A DNA stretch of 64,000 bases, taken from IMG/VR virus record IMGVR_UViG_3300029305_003176; one strand, given 5' to 3'. Within the stretch, counting starts at the first letter, position 1; every line of letters begins with the position of its first letter. Source of the DNA: a virus. Shown here piece by piece: positions 1 through 9,544 of the stretch. The translations under genes were made by a program, and so were the position numbers. The notes under the pieces are model-generated. The model made no database searches. It was not told the DNA's origin and saw only the letters and a list, made by a program, of their open reading frames with translations.

Positions 1-15
1 GATGAATACAGTGAT

Positions 16-312
16 TTGATTGTTAAAAATTATCCTAATTGTTCAACTGATGTAAGCAGTTTTCAAAAAGGAAGAAGAATATATAACAAGATTACAAGAA
101 ATTTTAAGATGTTAGGGATTGATCAATGGATGAAACCAAATTCTTTAGCAGAAAGTGGCAAGATTGATTTTGTTAAAACCAGAGCTAAAGAGCTGGGCAT
201 AACTCCATATAATTATCTTTATAGTTACCATGTAAATGAACTTATAGAAAAATATGATTGTAGTATAAATATACTTTTTTATAAAAAATATAAAGACATC
301 TTAGAAAAATAA
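16..312 (+). CDS. hypothetical protein (98 aa)
   Basis: ORF from the supplied track; no motif recognised. Confidence 0.3.
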   Translation: MIVKNYPNCSTDVSSFQKGRRIYNKITRNFKMLGIDQWMKPNSLAESGKIDFVKTRAKELGITPYNYLYSYHVNELIEKYDCSINILFYKKYKDILEK

Positions 313-383
313 AAATAATAGCAGAATCCGGGAATGGATTTTGTTAAAAGCATAACTAATTAAAATTATTTTATTTTTGGATA

Positions 384-410
384 TTGACAGTTTTTTGAAA
401 CTGTTATAAT
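384..410 (+). promoter_or_regulatory. sigma70-like promoter (TTGACA, 15-nt spacer, TGnTATAAT extended -10)
   Basis: TTGACA at 384-389 and TG-T-TATAAT at 402-410. A strong RBS (AGGAGGT) precedes the ORF at 452. Confidence 0.5.
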
Positions 411-451
411 ATAAAGTAATTAATTTACAAAGAAATAGGAGGTATCCTTTA

Positions 452-718
452 ATGGAAAAAACAATTGAAAATTTTATGAACTTTATGCAGGATTGTGTAG
501 ACAATGAAGAAAGAATAATAATAAGTGTAATATGTGGTAATTCGCATTTTACAGATTCATTTATACCAGAGAATAATAAGATAAAGAAACAAGAAATTTA
601 TATCACAGGAGATTGGGCTATATTAAACATTGAAGGAGACTATAATATTTCATATGACGAAATAGATAAATTGTATATTATTAGTCAGGGAGAGGTGAAA
701 TATCTCATAGGCAACTAA
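452..718 (+). CDS. hypothetical protein (88 aa)
   Basis: ORF with a strong upstream RBS (aggaggtatcctttaATG). Confidence 0.4.
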   Translation: MEKTIENFMNFMQDCVDNEERIIISVICGNSHFTDSFIPENNKIKKQEIYITGDWAILNIEGDYNISYDEIDKLYIISQGEVKYLIGN

Positions 719-745
719 TTAAAATTAAATGAAAGGAAATTAAAT

Positions 746-1873
746 ATGTTACATAGTTATCAAAAACCTTTAAATGGAGATGTAGGTGTGGTATTCGGCT
801 CATTCGCACCATTACATCAAGGTCATTTAGATTTAATAATGAGAGCCAAAAAAGAAAATTCTGGTGGTGTCATTGTAATTGTATGTGGTTACGATGGAGA
901 TAAAGGAGAGCCAGCTATGCCACATGCAAAGAGATATAGATATGTAAGAGAATTCTTTGCAGATGATGATTTAGTTGCAGTATACGCTATCAATGACACC
1001 GAGCTTGGTCTTGATAAATACCCAAACGGTTGGATTGGCTGGATGAAAGAATTTGAAAAGATTTATCGTACTGCAATTAGTCGTTCTTGTTATGAATGGT
1101 GTCAAAGGACTTGGTACGTAGGAGATGAAGTTTACTACAACGACCTTGTTAATATGTGGAATGAAAAGGCTGTTTTAGTAGATAGGTTAGCAGATAATCC
1201 AATTTCGGCAACAATGATTAGGCAGAATCCAATTAAGTATTGGGATAAGATTGCTCTTCCTTTTAAGAGAGTTTTTAGCACAAACATTCTTATTACAGGA
1301 ACGGCAAGCGAAGGTAAATCAACTATGGTTACTGACCTTGGAAAGTATTTCAATGCGCCACATAGTCATGAATGGGCAAGAGATTATATACAAGAAAGTT
1401 GCGTAAGCGATTGGGAACTTGATTGTGCAGACTTCCTTGCATTCCTTGAAGGTCAATATAATCATAACAAACAATTAATTAATTCGCCTGGCAATCATGG
1501 CATTTTCTTTGCAGACACAGATAGTTTAGTTACCAATATGTACTCTCAATATTATTCAAAAGATTCAAGCTGTGTATTAACAGAAGAAGAGTACGAAACA
1601 AAAATTAAGCCTGTGGCATATGAATATGCAAAGAAAAGTAGATGGGATAAAATTTTCTGTGTTGTACCTCACGGAACATTTGTTGATGATCACGAAAGAT
1701 TTATGGCTCATTCAGGAATGAAAGAGAGACAAGAGTTGTTTGAGATTTTAAAGCAAAGTCTTATAGATGTTGGCGATTGGGACAAGGTAATAATTCTAGA
1801 TGGCAATTATTATGAGAACTTTATGACAGTTGTAAATTATGTAAAGGAGATAGAGAAGAATGGAAAGAATTAA
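746..1873 (+). CDS. nadR: NadR-like bifunctional NMN adenylyltransferase / ribosylnicotinamide kinase (no HTH domain)
   Basis: N-terminal cytidylyltransferase motif VVFGSFAPLHQGHLDLIMRA. NMNAT-type segment ISATMIRQNPIKYWDKI. C-terminal P-loop kinase ITGTASEGKSTMVTDL plus WARDYI and FADTDSLVT. These are colinear with the two catalytic domains of E. coli and Haemophilus NadR. Confidence 0.85.
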   Translation: MLHSYQKPLNGDVGVVFGSFAPLHQGHLDLIMRAKKENSGGVIVIVCGYDGDKGEPAMPHAKRYRYVREFFADDDLVAVYAINDTELGLDKYPNGWIGWMKEFEKIYRTAISRSCYEWCQRTWYVGDEVYYNDLVNMWNEKAVLVDRLADNPISATMIRQNPIKYWDKIALPFKRVFSTNILITGTASEGKSTMVTDLGKYFNAPHSHEWARDYIQESCVSDWELDCADFLAFLEGQYNHNKQLINSPGNHGIFFADTDSLVTNMYSQYYSKDSSCVLTEEEYETKIKPVAYEYAKKSRWDKIFCVVPHGTFVDDHERFMAHSGMKERQELFEILKQSLIDVGDWDKVIILDGNYYENFMTVVNYVKEIEKNGKN

Positions 1874-2543
1874 AGATATTTTAACAAAGGAGTTTATGAG
1901 AGGATATTCAGCTTTTGATAAGTTTTTTATGGTATTAATGTTAGCGGTGCAGATTATTGTGTTTATTATTGCACCAGATTCATTGTTGGGAATTATCGCT
2001 GGCATTAGTGGAGTTATTTCGGTTGTGTTGTGCGCCAAAGGAAAGATTTCATTCTACTTCATTGGTTTTGTGCAGACTATCAGTTATTTATTTTTGGCTT
2101 GGCAAAATTGTTTTTATGGTGAAGTAATTGAAAACATTTTTTATTTAGTAACAATGATTATTGGAATTTTCATATGGAAAAGAAACTCAACAGTAGATGA
2201 CAATGGGTCTGCACATGTTGAAGCATTAAAGTTTACTCCTCTAATGTGGATATTATCAATTATTGGAACTGTAATTAGCACAATAGGAGTTGGTTATTGG
2301 TTAACTACAATTGGAAGTCATCAGGCATATACAGATGCAGCAACTAATGTTCTTGCTATATTTGCTCAGATATTAATGATTAAAAGATATAAAGAACAGT
2401 GGATTTGGTGGTTAATAATTGATGTATTGTGTATTAAGTTATGGTTTGTTGCCGGAAATTGGTCTATGGTAGCTATGTATGTTGCATGGACAATTAATTG
2501 TATATATGGTTGGTATAACTGGTCAAAATTAAATAAAGCTTAA
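1860..2543 (+). CDS. pnuC: PnuC-family nicotinamide riboside transporter
   Basis: 227-aa polytopic membrane protein. C-terminal ILMIKRYKEQWIWWLIIDVLCIKLWF...YGWYNW matches the PnuC signature ILMTRKYVENWLLWVIINV...YGWYAW. Overlaps and follows nadR. Confidence 0.8.
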   Translation: MERIKDILTKEFMRGYSAFDKFFMVLMLAVQIIVFIIAPDSLLGIIAGISGVISVVLCAKGKISFYFIGFVQTISYLFLAWQNCFYGEVIENIFYLVTMIIGIFIWKRNSTVDDNGSAHVEALKFTPLMWILSIIGTVISTIGVGYWLTTIGSHQAYTDAATNVLAIFAQILMIKRYKEQWIWWLIIDVLCIKLWFVAGNWSMVAMYVAWTINCIYGWYNWSKLNKA

Positions 2544-2556
2544 AGGGGTAAGTGAA

Positions 2557-2757
2557 ATGAGTAAAGCAAAAACAAAACGGTATTTAGTGTACAGGATAAC
2601 CACTTTTGACAATAAAGCTGCTTGTATTATTAATGTTGCACCACAACAAAAATGGACTTATCTAATATATGGAAATACAGCATATTTACATAGGAAAGGA
2701 ATTGGTTTGAATATTCCTAAAGAAGATTTTGAGAAGAATTGGAGCGTGATTGAATGA
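2557..2757 (+). CDS. hypothetical protein (66 aa)
   Basis: ORF only. Confidence 0.3.
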   Translation: MSKAKTKRYLVYRITTFDNKAACIINVAPQQKWTYLIYGNTAYLHRKGIGLNIPKEDFEKNWSVIE

Positions 2758-3053
2758 AAGAATTTATAGAAAAGCTGATTGGTAAATTGGAAGAAGCAAA
2801 AGGCAGAGCAAATCGTCATTATAATTATGGTGATGAAACAGCCTACCGTCACTCAATCGAAATCGTCAACGAACTTGCAGAGGGACACAATAATGATTTT
2901 TGTGAGTGGCGTAAAGGAAAAGGTCTCTATTTACATAGAGCATCTTGTGGAGAACAAGATTCTTATGACGACAGTTATAGATATTGTCCTTACTGTGGTA
3001 AAAAGATAAAGATTGTTGAGTTAGGAAAGGGGGGATTGATATTTTATGAGTGA
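2754..3053 (+). CDS. hypothetical zinc-ribbon protein (CxxC...CPYCGKK)
   Basis: ORF with paired Cys motifs. Confidence 0.35.
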   Translation: MKEFIEKLIGKLEEAKGRANRHYNYGDETAYRHSIEIVNELAEGHNNDFCEWRKGKGLYLHRASCGEQDSYDDSYRYCPYCGKKIKIVELGKGGLIFYE

Positions 3054-3471
3054 TTTTATAGAAAAGCTAATGGATGAATTAGAAAAAGCAAAGCGTATAG
3101 CTTACGAATATGAATGTTCTTCGCAGTATGAAGCAACTCAAAAAGTTGTAGTGGATTACGAAGACGTAGTTGAAATCATCAATAGGTACGCAGAGGAATA
3201 TAAACAAGATTTAAACAAAAATAAACAAGATTGGATCGCTTGTAGCGAAAGAATACCTGAACTTCACGAAGAAGTTTTAGTAACGCAGTTTTTTGATGAC
3301 AGTGAACATTATAATGTCACAAATGCTTCACTAATATCTACGCTTGATGGTAGTGGACGTGTCAGATGGTGCAGTTATGATCATTTTATTGATTATGTTA
3401 TAGCTTGGCAGCCATTACCACAACCATACAAGGAGGTGCAGGATGACAGAGTTTATGAGCGATTTAATTAA
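3046..3471 (+). CDS. hypothetical protein, DUF551-like C-terminus (WQPLPQPYK)
   Basis: The C-terminal motif resembles phage DUF551 proteins. Weak. Confidence 0.3.
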   Translation: MSDFIEKLMDELEKAKRIAYEYECSSQYEATQKVVVDYEDVVEIINRYAEEYKQDLNKNKQDWIACSERIPELHEEVLVTQFFDDSEHYNVTNASLISTLDGSGRVRWCSYDHFIDYVIAWQPLPQPYKEVQDDRVYERFN

Positions 3472-3631
3472 ATGGCTTAAGGAACAACAAGAATCGGAAA
3501 AGGAGAGAGCAGACAGATATTCTTGCTTTGATGATATTAATAGAAGTGATGCCTATATTTATTGTTCGGATTGTTATAAGTACACACTCAATAAAATTGA
3601 AGAATTGAAAAAGAAATACAATATTAAATAG
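3443..3631 (+). CDS. hypothetical protein (62 aa, Cys-rich)
   Basis: ORF only. Confidence 0.25.
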   Translation: MTEFMSDLIKWLKEQQESEKERADRYSCFDDINRSDAYIYCSDCYKYTLNKIEELKKKYNIK

Positions 3632-3818
3632 TGAGGTTTTGTATAAATGTTAGATTGTAGAAGATGTAAAGAAGATGATTGTGGTTTCAAAAAAGACATA
3701 TTAAAAGCATTAGGAACCATTAGAGGTTATATTCCTAGTGGTGCAATTGAGCAGATAGAGGATATTATTCAAAGTAGCGCTGGCGATTGCGAAGACTATA
3801 AAGAAATGGAGAATTAAT

Positions 3819-4052
3819 ATGGCAAAAACAAAGGATGTAAGCCCTATAACAGACACAATTTATTACAGAACAGTAAAGGATAACAAGTGGGTAGGGAAAA
3901 GAGAAGATATTGCAGACATTGCAATTAAAGCAGTCTTTGAATGGTTTATGCACAAATTAGATGCAGACGAAAAGAAAGTCGCATATCAAATAAAGTTCCC
4001 AAGTTTGCCTTATGTTTTAGAAATGCGAAAGGAAGAAGAGAATGACAGATAG
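3819..4052 (+). CDS. hypothetical protein (77 aa)
   Basis: ORF with an RBS-like ggagaa upstream. Confidence 0.3.
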   Translation: MAKTKDVSPITDTIYYRTVKDNKWVGKREDIADIAIKAVFEWFMHKLDADEKKVAYQIKFPSLPYVLEMRKEEENDR

Positions 4053-4254
4053 AGAACTAGATAGAAGAGAAGAAATGATTCAAAGAATTAAGTCTTGCGG
4101 CCAATATATTATGGACAATGCAGAGACGATCCTAGGTAATGAGAAGTATATAAAAGACTTGTATGTAACTTGCAGTTTCTGGGATGTAAGTGAAGCACCT
4201 TATATTAGTATCAATAAGGATGTTACGCCGGATAGCTTTGTAAAACGTATGTAA
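4042..4254 (+). CDS. hypothetical protein (70 aa)
   Basis: ORF only. Confidence 0.3.
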   Translation: MTDRELDRREEMIQRIKSCGQYIMDNAETILGNEKYIKDLYVTCSFWDVSEAPYISINKDVTPDSFVKRM

Positions 4255-4272
4255 ATAAATAAGAAACTGAGT

Positions 4273-4644
4273 TTGATTGGTAAAAAGGAGAAAAATATGA
4301 TTAAAATTATCAATAATATCATTAATGATTTTATTGTATTTCTAAATGAAAATTATAGCACAGAACAAGAAGTTTATATTCATATAATTGAAAACTGTGA
4401 TGGCATACAAGCTCCTGACGGTGGGATTGGATTTGGTGTGTTTGACAATACAACAGATAATATTTATGTAGCTTGTGATTACACATTTATGGACGACAGA
4501 AGTATTCTTACAACTATGGCCCATGAATATAAACATTTCCTACAGAAATATGATAACGGAATTTATAACGAAGAAGATGCAGATGAATTTGCTATAAAAG
4601 CTTATGAAGAATTCATAAGTAAACAAGATGAAAAGGAGACTTAA
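4273..4644 (+). CDS. hypothetical protein with HExxH motif (possible small metallopeptidase)
   Basis: MAHEYKHFLQ contains H-E-x-x-H. Weak. Confidence 0.3.
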   Translation: MIGKKEKNMIKIINNIINDFIVFLNENYSTEQEVYIHIIENCDGIQAPDGGIGFGVFDNTTDNIYVACDYTFMDDRSILTTMAHEYKHFLQKYDNGIYNEEDADEFAIKAYEEFISKQDEKET

Positions 4645-4924
4645 TAATATGGAAATTATTGATGCAAAGGATATTATGTTTTGGAATTTTAATACCGAAG
4701 CAGTGGAAAGAATACTAAGCGAAATAGACCCTAAAATTACATATGGTATGACAGAGAATGAGCAGAAAGCATATCAATTAGGTGTAAAGAACACGCTTCT
4801 TTTAATGGAACAGATGTTAGAAGATGTAGATAATACAGAGCCTCGCATTCAGTTTTATAAGAAGGGTAAGTTAGAAGAGTTTACTTTTGATGAAGTTGTA
4901 GAGCTATTGTTTAACAATAATTAA
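4628..4924 (+). CDS. hypothetical protein (98 aa)
   Basis: ORF only. Confidence 0.3.
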   Translation: MKRRLNNMEIIDAKDIMFWNFNTEAVERILSEIDPKITYGMTENEQKAYQLGVKNTLLLMEQMLEDVDNTEPRIQFYKKGKLEEFTFDEVVELLFNNN

Positions 4925-4951
4925 GTTTGAATAAATAATAGGAGGGAAAGA

Positions 4952-5203
4952 ATGGACAAGTTATTGTATGGGAAATCGTGTAGTATTGCACCTCAGATAA
5001 AGAAACAGAAAAAGAGTAGCAAGTACAGACTACTTAACTGGCTATATGAGAAGATGTATGGTTATAAATATGAATCAACTCTCCCTGAGGGAACAGATAT
5101 TATATTTGTAAACAACACATACATCTTCAGAAATCAAGAGACTTTTGATAAGGTTAAGGACTTTATAGATAAGGAGAATATAGAAAATGATAAATGCGAG
5201 TGA
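4952..5203 (+). CDS. hypothetical protein (83 aa)
   Basis: ORF with RBS aggagggaaag. Confidence 0.35.
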   Translation: MDKLLYGKSCSIAPQIKKQKKSSKYRLLNWLYEKMYGYKYESTLPEGTDIIFVNNTYIFRNQETFDKVKDFIDKENIENDKCE

Positions 5204-5495
5204 AGCAAAAAGAAAATCAATTATTAATTCTAAAGGAAAAAGGTATTTGGATAGTTTAGAATCATACATTGATCGAGCAGTTAAGGACGGATTACGCAGT
5301 GCGACAATGAGCATTGATTTAACTGAACCTGAGAATACATTTCGTGAAGAGAATTTAGAAATTAGAAATGCTATTGTAGAGGAATTAGTTGAATTGGGGT
5401 ACACGGTAGAATTTAAATATGCAAAACCTTTGCCGGCAGGATGTCCATCAGATCAATGGAATTTTAATAATGGCTATATAAAGGTGGAGTGGTAA
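5187..5495 (+). CDS. hypothetical protein (102 aa)
   Basis: ORF only. Confidence 0.3.
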   Translation: MINASEAKRKSIINSKGKRYLDSLESYIDRAVKDGLRSATMSIDLTEPENTFREENLEIRNAIVEELVELGYTVEFKYAKPLPAGCPSDQWNFNNGYIKVEW

Positions 5496-5499
5496 CGAT

Positions 5500-5763
5500 A
5501 TGGGAAATAAATTTGATGAAATATTTCATCCTGAAAAGAAACTGATAAATAAAAAACTTACATCTATGTGTCCGTGTGACACTTGTGATACATATAAAGA
5601 ATATCAAATGAAGGCTTTGTATGGAAATATTGCAGAACGACAATATGCAGAACTTCCAGAGAGTTGCAGAATTTGTATGCCAAAACTTAACTGGCAGATA
5701 GATTGCATGATTAAGCTGCGTTGGTATGAAGAAAATGATGAAAGATTGAAAAAGAAAGGATAG
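5500..5763 (+). CDS. hypothetical Cys-rich protein
   Basis: CPCDTCDT...CRIC motifs. Confidence 0.3.
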   Translation: MGNKFDEIFHPEKKLINKKLTSMCPCDTCDTYKEYQMKALYGNIAERQYAELPESCRICMPKLNWQIDCMIKLRWYEENDERLKKKG

Positions 5764-5842
5764 ATATTTTGAGATTTGAATTAAATGGATTAACCAGCTT
5801 CGGCTTTATTGATATGAGAACAGGGGAGAGTGGTGAATTTAA

Positions 5843-6322
5843 ATGTTAATACCAGCAATTATTAAAAAGAATGAGATACAGGAAGCATTCAAAAGATATT
5901 ATTATTCGGATTATATGCTATATGAAACAGGTGGTTTAAGTAATTGGCTGCCAAATATCCAAGAAGAACCAGAACAAGGAAGATATCAATATGCCATTGT
6001 AGATTCAGAAGAAAAACTGATTGGTTATCTTGACTACAATGTTGATTGGTATAATTCTTGTGCAAATAGATTTGGACTCATTTCATTCGATAGAGGTAAT
6101 CCAATTATAGGCAAGGATTTATTTAATGAGTTGAATAAACTGATTAATGATTATAAATTACATAGAATTGAGTGGAGAATGATTGGCGGTAATCCTGTAG
6201 AGAGAAGCTATGATAGGTTCTGTGAGAAATTTGGTGGGACAAAACATATTCTAAAGGATGTTATTAAGGACAAATATGGTAAATATCATGATGATATTAT
6301 CTACGAGATTATTAACAATTAG
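5843..6322 (+). CDS. hypothetical protein (159 aa), possibly GNAT-fold
   Basis: HRIEWRMIGGNPVERSYDRFCEKFGG resembles a GNAT motif A region. Weak. Confidence 0.25.
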   Translation: MLIPAIIKKNEIQEAFKRYYYSDYMLYETGGLSNWLPNIQEEPEQGRYQYAIVDSEEKLIGYLDYNVDWYNSCANRFGLISFDRGNPIIGKDLFNELNKLINDYKLHRIEWRMIGGNPVERSYDRFCEKFGGTKHILKDVIKDKYGKYHDDIIYEIINN

Positions 6323-6338
6323 TCAACCAAACTAATAT

Positions 6339-6740
6339 TTGATTAAGTCGGAGGATAGTATGAAATATAAATTAACCTTATTAAAGGATTTACCAAATAG
6401 AGAAGCAGGCACAGAAGTTTTAAATATTTCAGAAGAGGAAATGAACGGAACAATTGATTATAAATATCGTCATTATGTGCAAAAACTTAACTTCAGTGAT
6501 ATTTATGATTTAAGGAATAACCCTGAATGGGTAGAAGTTAAAATTGATAGTCGTTGTGATTGCGAAACTATGGACAACATATGCGTGCGTTCCGTAGTTA
6601 TAGGATATGGAAGAAGTATGAATGTAAATTTAAACTTCAAGAAGAAGGCTATTACAACATGGTACGATCATGCTTGTGATAGTGGTTCTTCAAAAAATCT
6701 TGATATTAAATACTGTCCTTTATGTGGTAGAAAATTATAG
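6339..6740 (+). CDS. hypothetical zinc-ribbon protein (133 aa)
   Basis: C-terminal CPLCGRKL. Confidence 0.3.
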   Translation: MIKSEDSMKYKLTLLKDLPNREAGTEVLNISEEEMNGTIDYKYRHYVQKLNFSDIYDLRNNPEWVEVKIDSRCDCETMDNICVRSVVIGYGRSMNVNLNFKKKAITTWYDHACDSGSSKNLDIKYCPLCGRKL

Positions 6741-6778
6741 CAATAAAATTAACATTTCATTTTGGAAAGGAGTAAATT

Positions 6779-7063
6779 ATGCAACTGAATATAACAGATG
6801 AAATGATAGAACAAATGATAAGAGAACAAGTAAAGGCAAGAGTTAATCAGTATTTTGGAGAATTAAAAAAAGAAAATTCTCTCTTTATGATAGGCCAAAT
6901 TAAAAATGCCATTAGAGTTTGTGCCCAAGAAGAAGTTGAAAATATTTTAAATGAAGGATATGTAAATAAGATTTGTTATGACTTAGCAAAATCAAATTTG
7001 AAAGACCAAATTGTAGAAAGTTTTGCTACGAGAATATGCAGGGCTTTTGAAGAAGATTACTAA
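6779..7063 (+). CDS. hypothetical protein (94 aa)
   Basis: ORF with RBS ggaaaggag. Confidence 0.3.
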   Translation: MQLNITDEMIEQMIREQVKARVNQYFGELKKENSLFMIGQIKNAIRVCAQEEVENILNEGYVNKICYDLAKSNLKDQIVESFATRICRAFEEDY

Positions 7064-7090
7064 ATCAAATTTTGCTTTTGTTAGGAGGAA

Positions 7091-7285
7091 ATGATGGAAG
7101 ATAGAATTTTTAAAGAAGAAGATTTTACTAAAGACGAACTTATGCTATTAAAAATGGCTTTTAGGTTAGTGGAAACTGTAGTTGATGCACAGAGAACAAG
7201 TAACTATGATGTGTATTTAATAAATGAACTATACAACCTCAAAGAGACATTAGGAATATCAAGATTGGTAAATGATTTTTATTAG
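7091..7285 (+). CDS. hypothetical protein (64 aa)
   Basis: ORF with RBS aggagg. Confidence 0.3.
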   Translation: MMEDRIFKEEDFTKDELMLLKMAFRLVETVVDAQRTSNYDVYLINELYNLKETLGISRLVNDFY

Positions 7286-7327
7286 TAAATCAAACAACTC
7301 TTTTATTGATAGATTGGAGAAAATTAT

Positions 7328-7525
7328 ATGAGATTACCAAAAACTATTTACTTAAAATCATTAGATGATTTAGAAGAATATGTCCATAACAAAGCAATAT
7401 TGGGCGATGTATTGATGTGTGTTTCAAATGAATATGGTTCAACAAGAGCATATGTGTATTACTGTACTAAAGAGAATATTGGTGAAAATGTAAAACCATA
7501 TTGGTTGGTATTAGAAAATAATTAG
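7328..7525 (+). CDS. hypothetical protein (65 aa)
   Basis: ORF only. Confidence 0.3.
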   Translation: MRLPKTIYLKSLDDLEEYVHNKAILGDVLMCVSNEYGSTRAYVYYCTKENIGENVKPYWLVLENN

Positions 7526-7733
7526 CAATAGATTTTTGCTTTTATGAAGAAATGAAAGGATGATAAGAATATGAGCAATCCAAATTTATGTGATAGTTGT
7601 AAATATAAATGGTGCTTAAAACATATTGTAGCAAAAGTTTTTCAGATAGCGCATTTATTTAAAGATACAAGATGCTATGAATGGAATGGTAAATAAAACT
7701 TTACTTTGATTGGAAGAAAGTAGGTGGTAAGGA

Positions 7734-7991
7734 ATGAGATTGATAAACGCAGATGATGCAATAAATATATTTACAAATAGATTGTTTGAGATGTTAAAAA
7801 CACACATACCTGTTGTAACAGCAGAAGAAAATCAAGTATGTTTAGATACTTGTTATAAAATCGCAAAGTATGAGATTGATAATATACCAACAGTTAAAGC
7901 TGTTAGTGGAAGAGAATACGTGAGTAAATATGGTAGTTGTCCGATGTGTATGGATTGTCCTGATGGGTGTCCGTGGGATAAACCAAACTAA
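7734..7991 (+). CDS. hypothetical Cys-rich protein (85 aa)
   Basis: CPMCMDCPDGCPW. Confidence 0.3.
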   Translation: MRLINADDAINIFTNRLFEMLKTHIPVVTAEENQVCLDTCYKIAKYEIDNIPTVKAVSGREYVSKYGSCPMCMDCPDGCPWDKPN

Positions 7992-8049
7992 TATTTGATT
8001 TGGAGAAGTGAAAAAGATGAGTAAAGAATTTTAATGGGAGTGATTTTAA

Positions 8050-8232
8050 ATGAAATTTGAAACCAGTATAAGAATAGATAAATGGATAAAAAAGCATAGA
8101 GAACAGGGGTGCATATCTCGTACAACTGCTGGAGAACAGTTTGTATTTGAGTTTTTACCAAGTGGTATTGTAGAATGCCAAACAGTAAAATGCTTATGTT
8201 GTGGAAAAGAATTTACGGATTATGTAGATTAA
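8050..8232 (+). CDS. hypothetical protein (60 aa)
   Basis: ORF only. Confidence 0.25.
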   Translation: MKFETSIRIDKWIKKHREQGCISRTTAGEQFVFEFLPSGIVECQTVKCLCCGKEFTDYVD

Positions 8233-8244
8233 GAGGTAAGAACG

Positions 8245-8565
8245 ATGAAAATAATATCAGGTAATTTAAAAGGAGAGAATATACAAGTAAATTGTGACTG
8301 CTGCAATTGTACATATGAATTAGAATCAAGAGATGATTTTACAATTCATTGGGTGTTAAAACCTGTAGGAGACTGGTATGATACAAGTGTTGAAATTCCA
8401 CAATACTCAGTTATATGCCCTCAGTGTGGTAGAGATATTCATATTGGTCTTGATGAAGAAGATTATGAAGGTGTGAATATTATACGCAATTGTTTTAATG
8501 AGGTTATTATGAGTAGACCGGATTGGAAGAGTAGATATAAAGTTGAACCTAGAAAGAGGAAATAG
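8245..8565 (+). CDS. hypothetical zinc-ribbon protein (106 aa)
   Basis: CDCCNC...CPQCGR. Confidence 0.3.
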   Translation: MKIISGNLKGENIQVNCDCCNCTYELESRDDFTIHWVLKPVGDWYDTSVEIPQYSVICPQCGRDIHIGLDEEDYEGVNIIRNCFNEVIMSRPDWKSRYKVEPRKRK

Positions 8566-8567
8566 AT

Positions 8568-9059
8568 ATGAAACTATATCATGGCAGTAACAAATACATA
8601 GAGAACGAACTCACACCACATAAGTCGTTTCATTACAAACCGTTAGTATATGCCACTTCTGATTACTATTATGCATTAGTTAGAGCAGGTAGGTTTGATA
8701 TAAATAAACTCACATTCAAAGAAGATTATGATGGTGTAACATTTACACTTATTGAACTTGTTCCAAATGCATTTGAAGAAGTATTTGATACAGATGGTTA
8801 TGTATATGAAGTAGATGATAGTCTGTTCGTATATATAAGCGATTTAATGCCAAATGAATATGTTTGTCACGATAATTGTAGAATTATCAAGACAACTCAT
8901 ATTGAGAATATTGGGCAAGAAATTAAGATGAGATTCCCACACATTAATATTATTAGATACGAAGAATCAGATGATTATTGGAAAACCATTCGTGGTGGCA
9001 GAGAGGGATATTTACAAAGAAGAAAAGAAAGGATTAAAAAGTTAAATGAAGTTAAATGA
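8568..9059 (+). CDS. hypothetical protein (163 aa)
   Basis: ORF; the N-terminal MKLYHGS was not assignable to a family. Confidence 0.3.
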   Translation: MKLYHGSNKYIENELTPHKSFHYKPLVYATSDYYYALVRAGRFDINKLTFKEDYDGVTFTLIELVPNAFEEVFDTDGYVYEVDDSLFVYISDLMPNEYVCHDNCRIIKTTHIENIGQEIKMRFPHINIIRYEESDDYWKTIRGGREGYLQRRKERIKKLNEVK

Positions 9060-9223
9060 TTTTAAAAGAAAAATGACAACTACAAATGGAAAGATGTATA
9101 TGTTTAAGGAATATATATTATGGTTTTTTCATTGTAGAAAGTGTAACAAAAATTATGATAATAGCTGTGTCTATTGTAAAGCTTGGCAGAAAATGTTTAT
9201 GAAGAAATAGAGAGGAAAAGCAT

Positions 9224-9544
9224 ATGAGAATAATATATGAAGCAGATGATGGAACTCAGTTTGATGAAGAGTGGAAATGCGAAGATTATGAATGGAAATT
9301 GGCTCATCCTAATTTAAAATATATTAAATGTTACAATAAAGAAGGAGAAGAGTTAGAAAGTCTTTTTGAAGAAGATACATATAACTATGTAAAGAAAATT
9401 GTTGTACCTACCGATCACGCTGCAAAAGATTTGCAGGACTTGGCTAATTATACAGGATATTGTTATTATGCTCATATTACTGAGAGTGGTGTTTGGGTGT
9501 ATAAAGAAAATGGTTGTGACGGGAAATTTGAAAAGGAGAAATAA
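9224..9544 (+). CDS. hypothetical protein (106 aa)
   Basis: ORF with RBS agaggaaaag. Confidence 0.3.
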   Translation: MRIIYEADDGTQFDEEWKCEDYEWKLAHPNLKYIKCYNKEGEELESLFEEDTYNYVKKIVVPTDHAAKDLQDLANYTGYCYYAHITESGVWVYKENGCDGKFEKEK

